This document shows, piece by piece, positions 31,911 through 40,999 of a stretch of DNA of 64,000 nucleotides. The notes under the pieces are model-generated. The model searched no databases, had not been told where the DNA came from, and saw only the letters and a program-made list of their open reading frames with translations. This stretch comes from Acidobacteriota bacterium (GTDB lineage Bacteria > Acidobacteriota > Terriglobia > Acidiferrales > UBA7541): positions 38,127-102,126 of the forward strand of contig QHYS01000028.1 of NCBI GenBank assembly GCA_003223325.1, given 5' to 3'. Position 1 is the stretch's first letter, and each line of letters begins with the position of its first letter. The position numbers were made by a program, and so were the translations under genes.

Positions 31911-32276
31911 TCAACCTCGAGTCCCGGCCGCCTGCTTCGCCTGGGCTGCAATTTGAGTGAAGGCTGCGGCATCTCGTACGGCAAGATCGGCCAGGATTTT
32001 GCGGTCGATCTCAATCCCGCCCGCCTTGAGGCCGTGCATGAGCTCGCTGTAGGAAAGCCCGTTCAAGCGCGCGGCGGCGCCTATGCGCTGAATCCAAAGA
32101 CGCCGGAACTGCCTTTTGCGATTGCGGCGGTCGCGATAGGAATAGCGCTCGGCGCGATTGGCCGCCTCCTGGGCGGACTGGTAGAGCTTGCTTTTGGTGA
32201 GGAAGAAGCCTTTGGTGCGCCGCAAATATTTCTTGCGGCGTGCCCTGCGCTTGGTACCACGTTTCACTCTCGCCAT
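31911..32276 (-). CDS. rplT: 50S ribosomal protein L20
   Basis: [16 protein letters not shown]...[19 protein letters not shown]. Confidence 0.97.
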   Translation of the reverse strand: MARVKRGTKRRARRKKYLRRTKGFFLTKSKLYQSAQEAANRAERYSYRDRRNRKRQFRRLWIQRIGAAARLNGLSYSELMHGLKAGGIEIDRKILADLAVRDAAAFTQIAAQAKQAAGTRG

Positions 32277-32551
32277 TGCTATGTCTCCCGCGCGGAGATC
32301 GCACGAAACGGTGTGACCTTGGGCGCGCCGATTTTGGGCGCCGGGAATGCGGCGCGTATAAATCGGCGCGGCAGACGGCCAACGACGGTGTCGAGCGTCT
32401 CCACGGCGTGTTGAGGATTCGCTCCACAGCGCCCGAACGCCAAGCGGAGCGATGCGGCGGCGATCAACCAGTTACGACTCGCAGCCGCTGGTCGGCAGGC
32501 CCGCCGTGGCGGATAACGCTCTGCCTGGCACAAAATTACAAAATCACAAGA

Positions 32552-32770
32552 TCAGCCGTTCGGCAACATCCGCCGGACTCGCGGTGCGTCCGCGGGATCG
32601 ACCTGCACGAGCTTCTTCAGACGCCGCATGCGCTTGGGCAGCTTGGTACCCAGCAGGTGCCGCTTGCCCGAATGCATCCGCAAGATCTTGCCGCCGGCCG
32701 TAATCTTAAATCTCTTCGCCGCGCCGCGATGTGTCTTTATCTTACGTTTCGTTTTTTGCTTTCTTGCCAC
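32552..32770 (-). CDS. rpmI: 50S ribosomal protein L35
   Basis: KIKTHRGAAKRFKITAGGKILRMHSGKRHL. Confidence 0.95.
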   Translation of the reverse strand: MARKQKTKRKIKTHRGAAKRFKITAGGKILRMHSGKRHLLGTKLPKRMRRLKKLVQVDPADAPRVRRMLPNG

Positions 32771-32781
32771 GGATTATCCTT

Positions 32782-33360
32782 TTAGGCTTGACTCAGACCG
32801 GCCGATGCCGGAGGCCGCACGCTCACTCCGCCCTTCTTGGGTGCTAGGAGAGCCATCAATATATTAGCCTCCATGCGCGGCCCGATCTCCACCAAGGCGT
32901 GATCGGCTATATCTTTCAGTAGCCGCTCCATCTTCGCGCGGCCCACTTCCTGGTGAGCCATCTCGCGGCCGCGATGGAAGATCATGGCTTTCACTTTATG
33001 GCCCTCGCCAAGAAACTTTATGATCTGGTTTTTGCGAACCTGGTAATCATGCTCGGCGGTTGCCGGCCGAAATTTCACCTCCTTGAGCTGCGTGCCCTTT
33101 TGGTGTTTGCGCTGCTCGTGCGCCTTCTTATTCGCCTGATAAAGGAATTTTCCGTAATCGGTGATCTTACAGACTGGCGGCTCTGCATTAGGCGAAATCT
33201 CCACCAGGTCCAAGCCACGATCCCGGGCTAGCCGCATCGCTTCAAACGGCTGCATCACGCCCAATTGCCCGCCGTCGTCGTCTATCACACGAACTTCCCG
33301 AGACCGAATGCGTTCGTTTACCCGGGTGCGTTCTGTGGCCCGAAAACTTCGTTCAGCGAT
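32782..33360 (-). CDS. infC: translation initiation factor IF-3, probable non-AUG (AUC) start
   Basis: INERIRSREVRVIDDDGGQLGV, CKITDYGKF, KEVKFRP. The reading frame is open 24 codons upstream of the GTG at 33288. The ATC at 33360 lies 7 nt after GGAGG and restores a normal-length N-terminus. Confidence 0.85.
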   Translation of the reverse strand: MAERSFRATERTRVNERIRSREVRVIDDDGGQLGVMQPFEAMRLARDRGLDLVEISPNAEPPVCKITDYGKFLYQANKKAHEQRKHQKGTQLKEVKFRPATAEHDYQVRKNQIIKFLGEGHKVKAMIFHRGREMAHQEVGRAKMERLLKDIADHALVEIGPRMEANILMALLAPKKGGVSVRPPASAGLSQA

Positions 33361-33895
33361 AAACCCACCTCCGCAACGGCGCCACGAGCGGCCGGTTCAG
33401 CCGTACTTTGCACCAGGACAGGGTCAGAAAGTATAGCACGGTTGTCCGGGCCGATCATTGTCCCAGCAAGTCATGCAAAGTCATGCAGCGATTCCGCAAT
33501 GAACGCTGATTCGCATGACTATCGGGAGAGAGAAAAAGGGGCGGCAGGGCCGTTCGGAAGAGACCACGGCAAGACCTCGGTTGAGATCCTTAGGATGAGC
33601 AGAGATACCCAGGCCAGGGTGCGAAAAGAATCTCAGGGCGACGAGCTGGCGGGAATCACCTCGCTATAAAGTTCGGCGGCGATGAGTTTGGCCCAAAAGA
33701 TTGGCGGTTGGGCGACGCACCCGGCAACAACAGCAGCGTGACTTGCCGGTGAATCCGATCGCCCTTCTCACCGTGGATGGTTCGCTGCAGGCAGCCAGGG
33801 CCATGGCGTAAATAGCTGCCGTGGCTTTCGTGGCCATCCAAAACCGCTACGCCGAGGCCATGAATATCCGGCAAAGCTTGTTGCGTTTCAGGCGC

Positions 33896-34390
33896 TCATA
33901 GAGGAGGTGAATTCCTTGGCGTAGGCCAGGCCCTCGGCATCCAGTAGGGCATGAACGCGGCCCAGGGACTCTCCCAGCCAGCGGGGCCAAAAGGCCGACT
34001 TCCCCAATTGTTCCCAGGAGTTGATGCTACCCAGGTTTCCTCGAGCCTCTTCCATTCCAGTTCGGAGACTTCTTCAATCAGCTTTTGCATGCGGCGATAA
34101 TCCCGGACCGCTTGGCGAACGCGCTCCTGCGCTTTGGGGACACAAATCTGGCGCAGTTTTCCATCCTGCCTGGCTCTGCACTAATACAAGGATTTATGCA
34201 GTTGCCCTTGGGCGCAGCGGCAATTCGCCTTGCCGCACTTGCCGGAACGTTCCGACAGAGTGCCGCGAAGGAACCATCGACCGGAGGCGAGCTGCACGAT
34301 CTGGGAACGGAAGTTGCGCTCGACGGCGGAAAGCTTGGACCGGCTGAAGGACTTGCTCATCTCTTGTATCAAAGACAGCCGGATTGACAC
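33896..34390 (-). pseudogene. decayed Cys-rich mobile-element-associated ORF (DUF6788-like), interrupted by an in-frame TAG
   Basis: ERSGKCGKANCRCAQGQLHKSLY-TAG-CRARQDGKLRQICVPKAQERVRQAVRDYRRMQKLIEEVSELEWKRLEE reads as one frame across ORFs 34181-34390 and 33896-34090. The KCGKxNCRCA motif is typical of small proteins found next to transposases or integrases (recalled from memory). Confidence 0.4.
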
Positions 34391-34440
34391 TCCGCAGACG
34401 CGGTGGGAGAATCCCCCCTATCGTAGGGAGGTCTTTCGCG

Positions 34441-34842
34441 ATGCGCAAATATTCATTCACCCTGATCGTCTTGTCGGTGGCTCTTTCTGCCCTTTCGGCG
34501 CCCGTTTTCGCGCATCACGGCGGCTCTGCCTATGACAATTCGACACTGACGACGCTGACGGGAACGATAACGGAATTTCAGTTCATTCAGCCGCACCCGC
34601 TCATTTTCCTCGATGTGAAGGATGCGAACGGCAATGTCACGAAGTGGTACGTGGAAATGACCGCCCCCAATCACTTGGTTCACTACGGATGGAACGGGCA
34701 CAAGCTGCACGCCGGCCAAATGATCAAAGTTACCGGCCATGTCGCTAAGAACGGCACCAAGGTTTTGAATCTCCGACAAATTTACGACGCGGACGGGAAG
34801 GAAATTCCCCTCGGCCCGCCTCCGCCGCCGGGCCAGAGCTGA
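34441..34842 (+). CDS. DUF6152-like secreted protein
   Basis: The ATG at 34441 is preceded by GGGAGG. A signal peptide ends ...APVFA, immediately followed by HHGGSAYD, then LTGTITEFQFIQPHPLIFLDV...W.VEM, the DUF6152 pattern. Confidence 0.65.
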   Translation: MRKYSFTLIVLSVALSALSAPVFAHHGGSAYDNSTLTTLTGTITEFQFIQPHPLIFLDVKDANGNVTKWYVEMTAPNHLVHYGWNGHKLHAGQMIKVTGHVAKNGTKVLNLRQIYDADGKEIPLGPPPPPGQS

Positions 34843-34912
34843 GTCGTGGAGTTCAGCTGGACCTCTGACGGACTCGGGGCAAGTCGAAGACATCCAGAAG
34901 GAGGCTTGAACT

Positions 34913-35746
34913 ATGCCTCGTCGATTCCTGCATTGGACCACCGCACTGAGCGCGGTGCTCGCTTGCTCCTGCGTGTTATTTGCTCAAAAGGGCGGCAACA
35001 ACCCGGGAAGGGCAGAATCAGGCGCTGCCAAGGCTGCATGGGAGGTGCCGAAGACTGCGTGGGGCGAGCCGGACTTTTCCGGCATGTGGGAGCCGAAAAT
35101 GCCCCCCAGCGCGCGCGAGTATGCCGGATATTCCTTCATCTCGCATAAAGACGCCGTTCCACTCATGACGCCTTGGGGAAAACAGCAATACCTGAGCACG
35201 AAGCCGTCTTGGGGACCACTCGCCACCCCGGACTCGACGGATCTGGTGAACCCGACTACCGGCAAAGAGATCGGGTGTTTCCCAACTGGCGTGCCTCGGA
35301 TTTGGGTTCACCCCTTTCCTACCAGGATTGTACAGATTCCTCACGTCGTCTATTTGCTCTACGAATTCAATCACTTCGTCCGCGAAATCTATACCAATGA
35401 GGGCCGCGAGCATCTCAAAGACGAAGATCCCTGGTGGATGGGGCACTCGGTAGGCTGTTGGGAGGGCAATACACTGGTCATCGATACGGTCGATTTCAAT
35501 GACCAGACATGGATCGACCGCGCAGGCTTGCCGCATTCCGATACGCTGCACGTGATCGAGCGCATTACGCGCCCGGAACACGACAAGCTGCACGTGGACA
35601 TTACGATCGATGACCTGAAGGCCTATACCAAAACTTGGTCCGGCTTCCGCGAGCTCGAGTTCAAGCCCGATTGGCATATCACGGAAATGATTTGCGAAGA
35701 CAACATCACCTTCAACGACCTTAAGAACCAGGGCAAAGAGCAGTAA
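34913..35746 (+). CDS. hypothetical secreted protein (partner of the DUF6152-like gene)
   Basis: 277 aa with a signal peptide (ALSAVLACSCVLFA), Trp-rich. I recognise no family. It is co-oriented 70 nt after the previous gene. Confidence 0.55.
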   Translation: MPRRFLHWTTALSAVLACSCVLFAQKGGNNPGRAESGAAKAAWEVPKTAWGEPDFSGMWEPKMPPSAREYAGYSFISHKDAVPLMTPWGKQQYLSTKPSWGPLATPDSTDLVNPTTGKEIGCFPTGVPRIWVHPFPTRIVQIPHVVYLLYEFNHFVREIYTNEGREHLKDEDPWWMGHSVGCWEGNTLVIDTVDFNDQTWIDRAGLPHSDTLHVIERITRPEHDKLHVDITIDDLKAYTKTWSGFRELEFKPDWHITEMICEDNITFNDLKNQGKEQ

Positions 35747-35767
35747 GACTCAGAGGATTGAACATCG

Positions 35768-35805
35768 AAAAGCGGCCCCGTAGAAGTGGCGGCCGCTTTT
35801 CTTTT
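35768..35805. terminator. bidirectional rho-independent terminator between convergent genes
   Basis: AAAAGCGGCC ... GGCCGCTTTT is a perfect 10-bp stem, followed by CTTTT. It is symmetric with an A-tract on the left and a T-tract on the right. Confidence 0.65.
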
Positions 35806-35811
35806 GCGGCG

Positions 35812-37089
35812 CTAAGACTTGGACGCGGCCGAGCGGGCGCTCTCCACAGGATTGAACTGCTTGCTTAGCGCCAGCCCCTGCTGTTGATACGACGACCCAA
35901 TCGCCTGACCGTAGAGCTTTTCCGGCGTGTTGGCCATCCTGTGATAGATGAGCCGTCCAATGATCTGCTTGTTTTCCAGCAGGAGCGGCACCTCATGCGC
36001 GCGGACCTCTAGTACTGCCTTCGTGCCTTTGATTTCGCCCGCTGTGCCGTAACCAAATCCGGGATCGAAGAATCCGGCATAGTGGACGCTAAAATCGCCG
36101 ATCGACTGATCGAACGGTTCCATCTCGGCGGCGTAGGAAGGCGGCACGGAAAATCTTTCCTTTGAAGCCATCAAGTAGAAATCCCCGGGATCAAGAACCA
36201 CCCTCTTTGACTTTGGGCTGTGAATGGGAACCCAAAAATCCGCGGGATCGTAGATGCGCACCTTGCTTAGATCGACGGGAGCACAATATCTCTTCGCTTT
36301 ATACGCCACGATGCTCGAGCTTTCGTTCCCCTCGAGATCGGTAGTCGTGCGCAACCCGCGATCAATAATCGCCTGCTGATCGCCGCCTTGCCTGGACACA
36401 AATTTGCTCAGCCCGCGCTCAATCACAGCCTCCGCCGGACCTCCTCCGTTTTCATAGTAGACCAGCTGTTCTTTCTCGGCCAATTGTTCGAGTATCCCAT
36501 CGGTGGATGGTGGCTTTCCCCGGATGAATCGGAGCTGGTTGAGTTTGGTCCCAGCGGTCACAACGATCGGAAATGTGCGCGGTACGATCTCCACGTATAG
36601 GTCGCCCGCATATCCCTTTAGGACGTGCTCAAATTCCAATCCGCCGTCTGTGATGAGGCGCGTGAAAATATCCAGCCGGCCCGTGGTGCTTTTCGGGTTG
36701 GCCTTGCCGCCAATATCTCGCGGCAGCGCGAGGCTCTCCAGCAAAGGCACGACGTAAACGGCGTTCGTCTCCAGCAGTGTCGGTCGGCTCAGGTCGTACT
36801 CGGCAATTTTCAGCTCGGCGATTTTGTTCCTGAGTGTCGCGGAGCGGCCCGGCAGGAAGCTGGCCTGGACGCGATACGCAACGTTCCCGAGTCGCAAATC
36901 GATCGAGGCCGGTTGGATCTGGTCATCGGGAATGTCGGCGCTGCAGCGAATCTTCCCATTCGCGATCAGCTCGCGGATTTCCTGTGATGGTAATATCCCG
37001 GTCTTGCGTTCCGAACGCCGCGTCTGTGGGAAGAGGTGCAAAGCGCCTTGATGTCCTTTCTTGTGCTTTCGGATTTTAGCATGGGGCAA
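35812..37089 (-). CDS. tandem-domain 2'-deoxycytidine 5'-triphosphate deaminase-like protein (PF06559-type DCD)
   Basis: N-terminal Dcd-like half (GILPSQEIRELIANGKI, IQPASIDLRLG, GKANPKSTTGRLDIF). Second half with AGFFDPGFGYG...KAVLEVRAHE. 425 aa. Confidence 0.7.
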   Translation of the reverse strand: MPHAKIRKHKKGHQGALHLFPQTRRSERKTGILPSQEIRELIANGKIRCSADIPDDQIQPASIDLRLGNVAYRVQASFLPGRSATLRNKIAELKIAEYDLSRPTLLETNAVYVVPLLESLALPRDIGGKANPKSTTGRLDIFTRLITDGGLEFEHVLKGYAGDLYVEIVPRTFPIVVTAGTKLNQLRFIRGKPPSTDGILEQLAEKEQLVYYENGGGPAEAVIERGLSKFVSRQGGDQQAIIDRGLRTTTDLEGNESSSIVAYKAKRYCAPVDLSKVRIYDPADFWVPIHSPKSKRVVLDPGDFYLMASKERFSVPPSYAAEMEPFDQSIGDFSVHYAGFFDPGFGYGTAGEIKGTKAVLEVRAHEVPLLLENKQIIGRLIYHRMANTPEKLYGQAIGSSYQQQGLALSKQFNPVESARSAASKS

Positions 37090-37149
37090 AAGGCAAGGTC
37101 GGCAGAGCCGTTTGAGGAAAAGTCCCTTACGCCCCCCTTTTCAGAAAAT

Positions 37150-39087
37150 TTAAGACACGCTGCGGGCGTCGACTTCGGTGCGAAGTGCAGCGAGAAAGGC
37201 CGCCAGAGGCTGCGGACCCAGGTCGCCCTTGCCGTGATGGCGCACCGAAACAGTGCGCGCTTCGGCTTCCTTACCGCCCACGACTGCCATATACGGAATT
37301 TTCTGCAGTTCCGAGTCGCGAATCTTGGCCTGCAGCTTTTCGTTGCGGTCATCGAGCATGGCGCGAAAGCCCGCGGCCCTGAGCTCGGACGTGACAATCT
37401 TGGCGTAATCCGAAAATTTGTTACTCACGGGCAAAACCGCCACCTGCACCGGGGCCAGCCACAGCGGAAAAGCGCCGGCATAGTGCTCGATGAGAATACC
37501 GAAGAACCGCTCCACCGAGCCCCATAGGGCGCGATGAACCATCAGCGGCTGATGCCGGCTGCCGTCTTCCCCGACATATTCAAGACCAAAGCGTCCCGGC
37601 AGATTAAAATCGAACTGCACAGTCGTAAGCTGCCAGGGCCGGCCGATAGCGTCGATCAGTTTGACGTCGATTTTCGGGCCATAAAATGCCGCTTCGCCTA
37701 CCATGCGCTTGAACGGAATGTGCATGCGTTCGAGCGTCGAGGAGAGCGCCTGCGTAGCGCGTTCCCAATCTTCGCGGGAGCCCGCGTAATTTTCCGGAAG
37801 CGCCCCATCCCACTCCGAAAGCTCCACCTGGTAGCGCGAGAATCCGAAGGTCTTCATCACCGCAAAAGCGAAATCGACGCAGGCCTCGACCTCGGCTTCG
37901 ATCTGGCTGGGCATGCAAAAAATGTGCGCGTCATCTTGCGTAAAGCCGCGCACGCGTAGCAGCCCGTGCAGCACGCCGGAGCGCTCGTAGCGGTAGACCG
38001 TGCCGAGTTCCGCCAGGCGCACCGGCAAATCGCGATAACTGCGCATGCGCGATTTGTAGATCAAAATATGCCCGGGGCAATTCATCGGCTTGAGCTGATA
38101 ATCGGCGTTCTCCACCTCGATCGCGCCAAACATATTCTCGCGATAAAAATTGGTGTGGCCGCTCGTCTTCCAGAGGTCCAACCGCATGATGTGCGGCGTG
38201 AAGACGAGCTGATAGCCGCGGCGCAGCAGTTCATCGCGCAGCCAGTCTTCCATGAGTTTGCGCACTAGGCCGCCTTTGGGATGCCAGAAGATCAGCCCAG
38301 GCCCAGCTTCTTCCTGAATACTGAAGAGATCCAACTCGGGACCCAGCCGCCGGTGATCGCGGCGTTTGGCCTCTTCTAGGCGGTGCAGATATTCGTCGAG
38401 TTCGGGTTGTGTGAAAAAACAGGCGCCGTAGACCCGCTGCATCTGCGGATTGCCTTCCTGTCCTTTCCAGTAGGCGCCCGCCACATTCATCAGTTTGAAC
38501 GCGCGAATGCGGCCCGTGCTGGGGATGTGCGGCCCGCGGCAGAAGTCTATGAATTTGCCGGTGGTGTAGAACGATACCATCGGCTCGACCGCTTTCTCCT
38601 GCACCAGCTCGCATTTGAATCTCTGATCCCAGGTCTTGTAGAGCTCGATCGCCTCCGCCTTGGGCACCAGCTTGCGCTCGTTGGGCAGATCGCGCGCCGC
38701 GAGTTCGTGCATCTTTTTCTCCATGCGCTCGAGGTCTTCCGGCGTGAAGGGCTGCTCGCGCAAGAATTCGTAGAAAAATCCGTAATCGATAGGCGGACCA
38801 ACCCCTAGCTTCACGTCGGGGAAGAGTTCCAGCACGGCAGCGGCCAGCAGATGCGCTGCGGAATGGCGGAAGACCTGAAGCGCCTCGGGATCTTTCGACG
38901 TTAAAATCCGGAGCGAAGCGTTTTCGTCGAGCGGCCGCGAAAGATCGATCAGCTCGCCATCCACCCGCGCCACCAGTGCTTCGCGGGCGAGGCCTTGCGA
39001 GATTTTTCGAGCAATCTCCGCCGGGGTCGTGCCGCGCGGCACCTCCTGCTTCGAGCCGTCAGGAAGTGTGACTTGAATGGTGTCCAT
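37150..39087 (-). CDS. thrS: threonine--tRNA ligase
   Basis: The ATG at 39087 gives the TGS-domain start MDTIQVTLPDGS (ORF open from 39222). Motifs: HSAAHLLA, RGFTQDDAHIF, HRALWGSVERFFGILIEHYAGAFPLWLAP. Confidence 0.95.
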   Translation of the reverse strand: MDTIQVTLPDGSKQEVPRGTTPAEIARKISQGLAREALVARVDGELIDLSRPLDENASLRILTSKDPEALQVFRHSAAHLLAAAVLELFPDVKLGVGPPIDYGFFYEFLREQPFTPEDLERMEKKMHELAARDLPNERKLVPKAEAIELYKTWDQRFKCELVQEKAVEPMVSFYTTGKFIDFCRGPHIPSTGRIRAFKLMNVAGAYWKGQEGNPQMQRVYGACFFTQPELDEYLHRLEEAKRRDHRRLGPELDLFSIQEEAGPGLIFWHPKGGLVRKLMEDWLRDELLRRGYQLVFTPHIMRLDLWKTSGHTNFYRENMFGAIEVENADYQLKPMNCPGHILIYKSRMRSYRDLPVRLAELGTVYRYERSGVLHGLLRVRGFTQDDAHIFCMPSQIEAEVEACVDFAFAVMKTFGFSRYQVELSEWDGALPENYAGSREDWERATQALSSTLERMHIPFKRMVGEAAFYGPKIDVKLIDAIGRPWQLTTVQFDFNLPGRFGLEYVGEDGSRHQPLMVHRALWGSVERFFGILIEHYAGAFPLWLAPVQVAVLPVSNKFSDYAKIVTSELRAAGFRAMLDDRNEKLQAKIRDSELQKIPYMAVVGGKEAEARTVSVRHHGKGDLGPQPLAAFLAALRTEVDARSVS

Positions 39088-39200
39088 GAGCAATTTCGCC
39101 ACTGCGAGAAAATCTAACGCTAACAAATCGTTTCCGGCAGGGTCAAGGCGCTGCAGCGCATCCCCAACAGAATTATGATAGTGTCGCCATCTACATCCGG

Positions 39201-39812
39201 GTGCGGAGAATGGATTTGACAAGCGATTACAGGCCGCGACTAAAGGGTCTGCTGCAACGCAAGTCGATCGTGTGGGGGAAGGTGAAGCTCTCTTCGGGGC
39301 AGGAGAGCGACTACTACTTCGATTGCAAGCCTACGACTCTCGACCCGGAGGGCGCTTTTCTCACGGCGCATGCAGTGCTTGATCTTCTCGCGGAGAAACG
39401 AATTCGGGCAGACGCGATCGGCGGTCCTCCCATAGGGGCGCATCCCATCGTCGCCGCCGTTGCGACCGTGAGCTATCTGCGATCAAAAGAAGGAAAAGGC
39501 CGACCGCTTCCCGCCTTTTTGATCCGGAAGCAACCCAAAGCCCACGGTCTCGAAAAACAGATTGAAGGCATCGACATTAAAAAGATTCGCGACGTGGTGA
39601 TCATCGACGACGTTTGCACGAAGGGCGAATCCACATTGGAGGCGCTGAATATTGTGGAGGAGGCCGGCCTGCGGGTGGCCGCGGTGCTCAGCATCATCGA
39701 TCGCGAAGCGGGCGGCTCAGAGAAGCTGCGCCAGAAATACCCTTACTTCGCCTTGTTTACAGGCAGAGAGCTTCTCGAAGAACAATCCAGCAAAGCAGCA
39801 GAATCTCGCTAG
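39201..39812 (+). CDS. pyrE: orotate phosphoribosyltransferase
   Basis: KLSSGQESDYYFDCK and the PRPP loop VVIIDDVCTKGEST. An alternative ATG lies at 39210. Confidence 0.9.
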   Translation: MRRMDLTSDYRPRLKGLLQRKSIVWGKVKLSSGQESDYYFDCKPTTLDPEGAFLTAHAVLDLLAEKRIRADAIGGPPIGAHPIVAAVATVSYLRSKEGKGRPLPAFLIRKQPKAHGLEKQIEGIDIKKIRDVVIIDDVCTKGESTLEALNIVEEAGLRVAAVLSIIDREAGGSEKLRQKYPYFALFTGRELLEEQSSKAAESR

Positions 39813-39869
39813 ATTTTGCTTCTTCGTATACCCCTTACTGACGAGCCCTCCAACATCGGAGACAGATTG

Positions 39870-40853
39870 TCAGGGCGCAGATGAGACTCCGTTCATCACC
39901 GGGGTAGCCTTCGCCAACTCCTTTGCGAATAGCGCATTCTCCGGGAACTCCGCTACGAGTTCCTGAAGTTGCTGGCGCGTAACATCCGGATTCTTTTCCC
40001 TCAGCGCGGCCAGCGCCAGCATCAATCGTGCAAAGGGCCGCAGGTAATGGGCGTGCTCGCTCGAAGCTGCGCGCGCGAGTTGCCGTATGCCCCGTGCTTT
40101 ATCGCCGTGAACACCACCTACCCACAGCATGGCCCGCTTATATCCGGGCAAGCATCCGATGATGTAGTTCGCGGATCCCAGTGCGACGTAAGCGTCGTCT
40201 GGGTGGGGCGCGACTTCCAGCAGGATGCGCGCATTGCGATCGGCCTCGCGCAAATGGTGCAAGCTCTCGAGCTGGCGTTTTTGGATCAGGAAGAGATCGT
40301 CGGCTTGCATGCCTTCAACCAATGTGAGGGCAAAGAGCGCATCCGGATCTTTCGGCTGATTCTCCAGGCGCTCATGTGCCATTTTCTCAGCGCGCTGCGC
40401 GGCCGCAGCAAATTGCCGTTCGAGATTCGCATCGGGTCGGTCTTTGATCCCGCTGAGCAGGCGCTTGTCGTCGAGGAAGAAATCGGAAGTCAGCACGCCC
40501 TTGCGATAGAACTCCTCGAAGAGATCGGAAGCTGCCTCAAGTGCCAGGCCGAGAGGTTGTCGAGGCCGTTCCTGCTCCCACTGCATAAAGAGTTCCCGCG
40601 CCTGATCGAATTTCAACTGATAAAGGAGCCGAAATCCGGCCTCCAACTCCGCGTCGTTCATGATGCTTGGCGCTGCCAGTGCGCTTCCGTCGCCTGCAGA
40701 TAGCCATCGAGCTAGGGTTGTGTTCGCAGGGCTCGCCGTCATCATCGCGCCGACCAACAATGACCAAGCGCCTCGGCCCAGCCTGCCGCGCAGCATGCAG
40801 GCCAACGCTTTGCCCCGCTCGGCGCTAGCCCAACGCATGCGGAGTGCTCGCAT
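39870..40853 (-). CDS. hypothetical exported helical-repeat protein
   Basis: 327 aa with an N-terminal hydrophobic segment (AWSLLVGAMMTA), alpha-helical and TPR-like in composition. I recognise no family motif. Confidence 0.5.
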   Translation of the reverse strand: MRALRMRWASAERGKALACMLRGRLGRGAWSLLVGAMMTASPANTTLARWLSAGDGSALAAPSIMNDAELEAGFRLLYQLKFDQARELFMQWEQERPRQPLGLALEAASDLFEEFYRKGVLTSDFFLDDKRLLSGIKDRPDANLERQFAAAAQRAEKMAHERLENQPKDPDALFALTLVEGMQADDLFLIQKRQLESLHHLREADRNARILLEVAPHPDDAYVALGSANYIIGCLPGYKRAMLWVGGVHGDKARGIRQLARAASSEHAHYLRPFARLMLALAALREKNPDVTRQQLQELVAEFPENALFAKELAKATPVMNGVSSAP

Positions 40854-40999
40854 GGTGCGTTTAGATGCTTAAAATTACCCGTGTGTCCACCTAGCACTAT
40901 CGAGGGTGGGATAAGAGCCTCTACTTCTTTTGCCCCGACGAACCGGTGCGGCAGGTCCTTGATTTCCGCTAACTTAAGGATGCGCCATAAATAAAGGTA

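Noticed and set aside
30710-31960. 416-aa ORF on the plus strand
   Set aside because: It is antisense to pheS and runs into the rplT region. The pheS assignment on the minus strand is unambiguous.
36361-36440. Short diverged tandem duplication inside the dcd-like gene as an independent feature
   Set aside because: It is in frame, only about 14 codons long and diverged. It is noted under the dcd finding and does not warrant a repeat annotation of its own.
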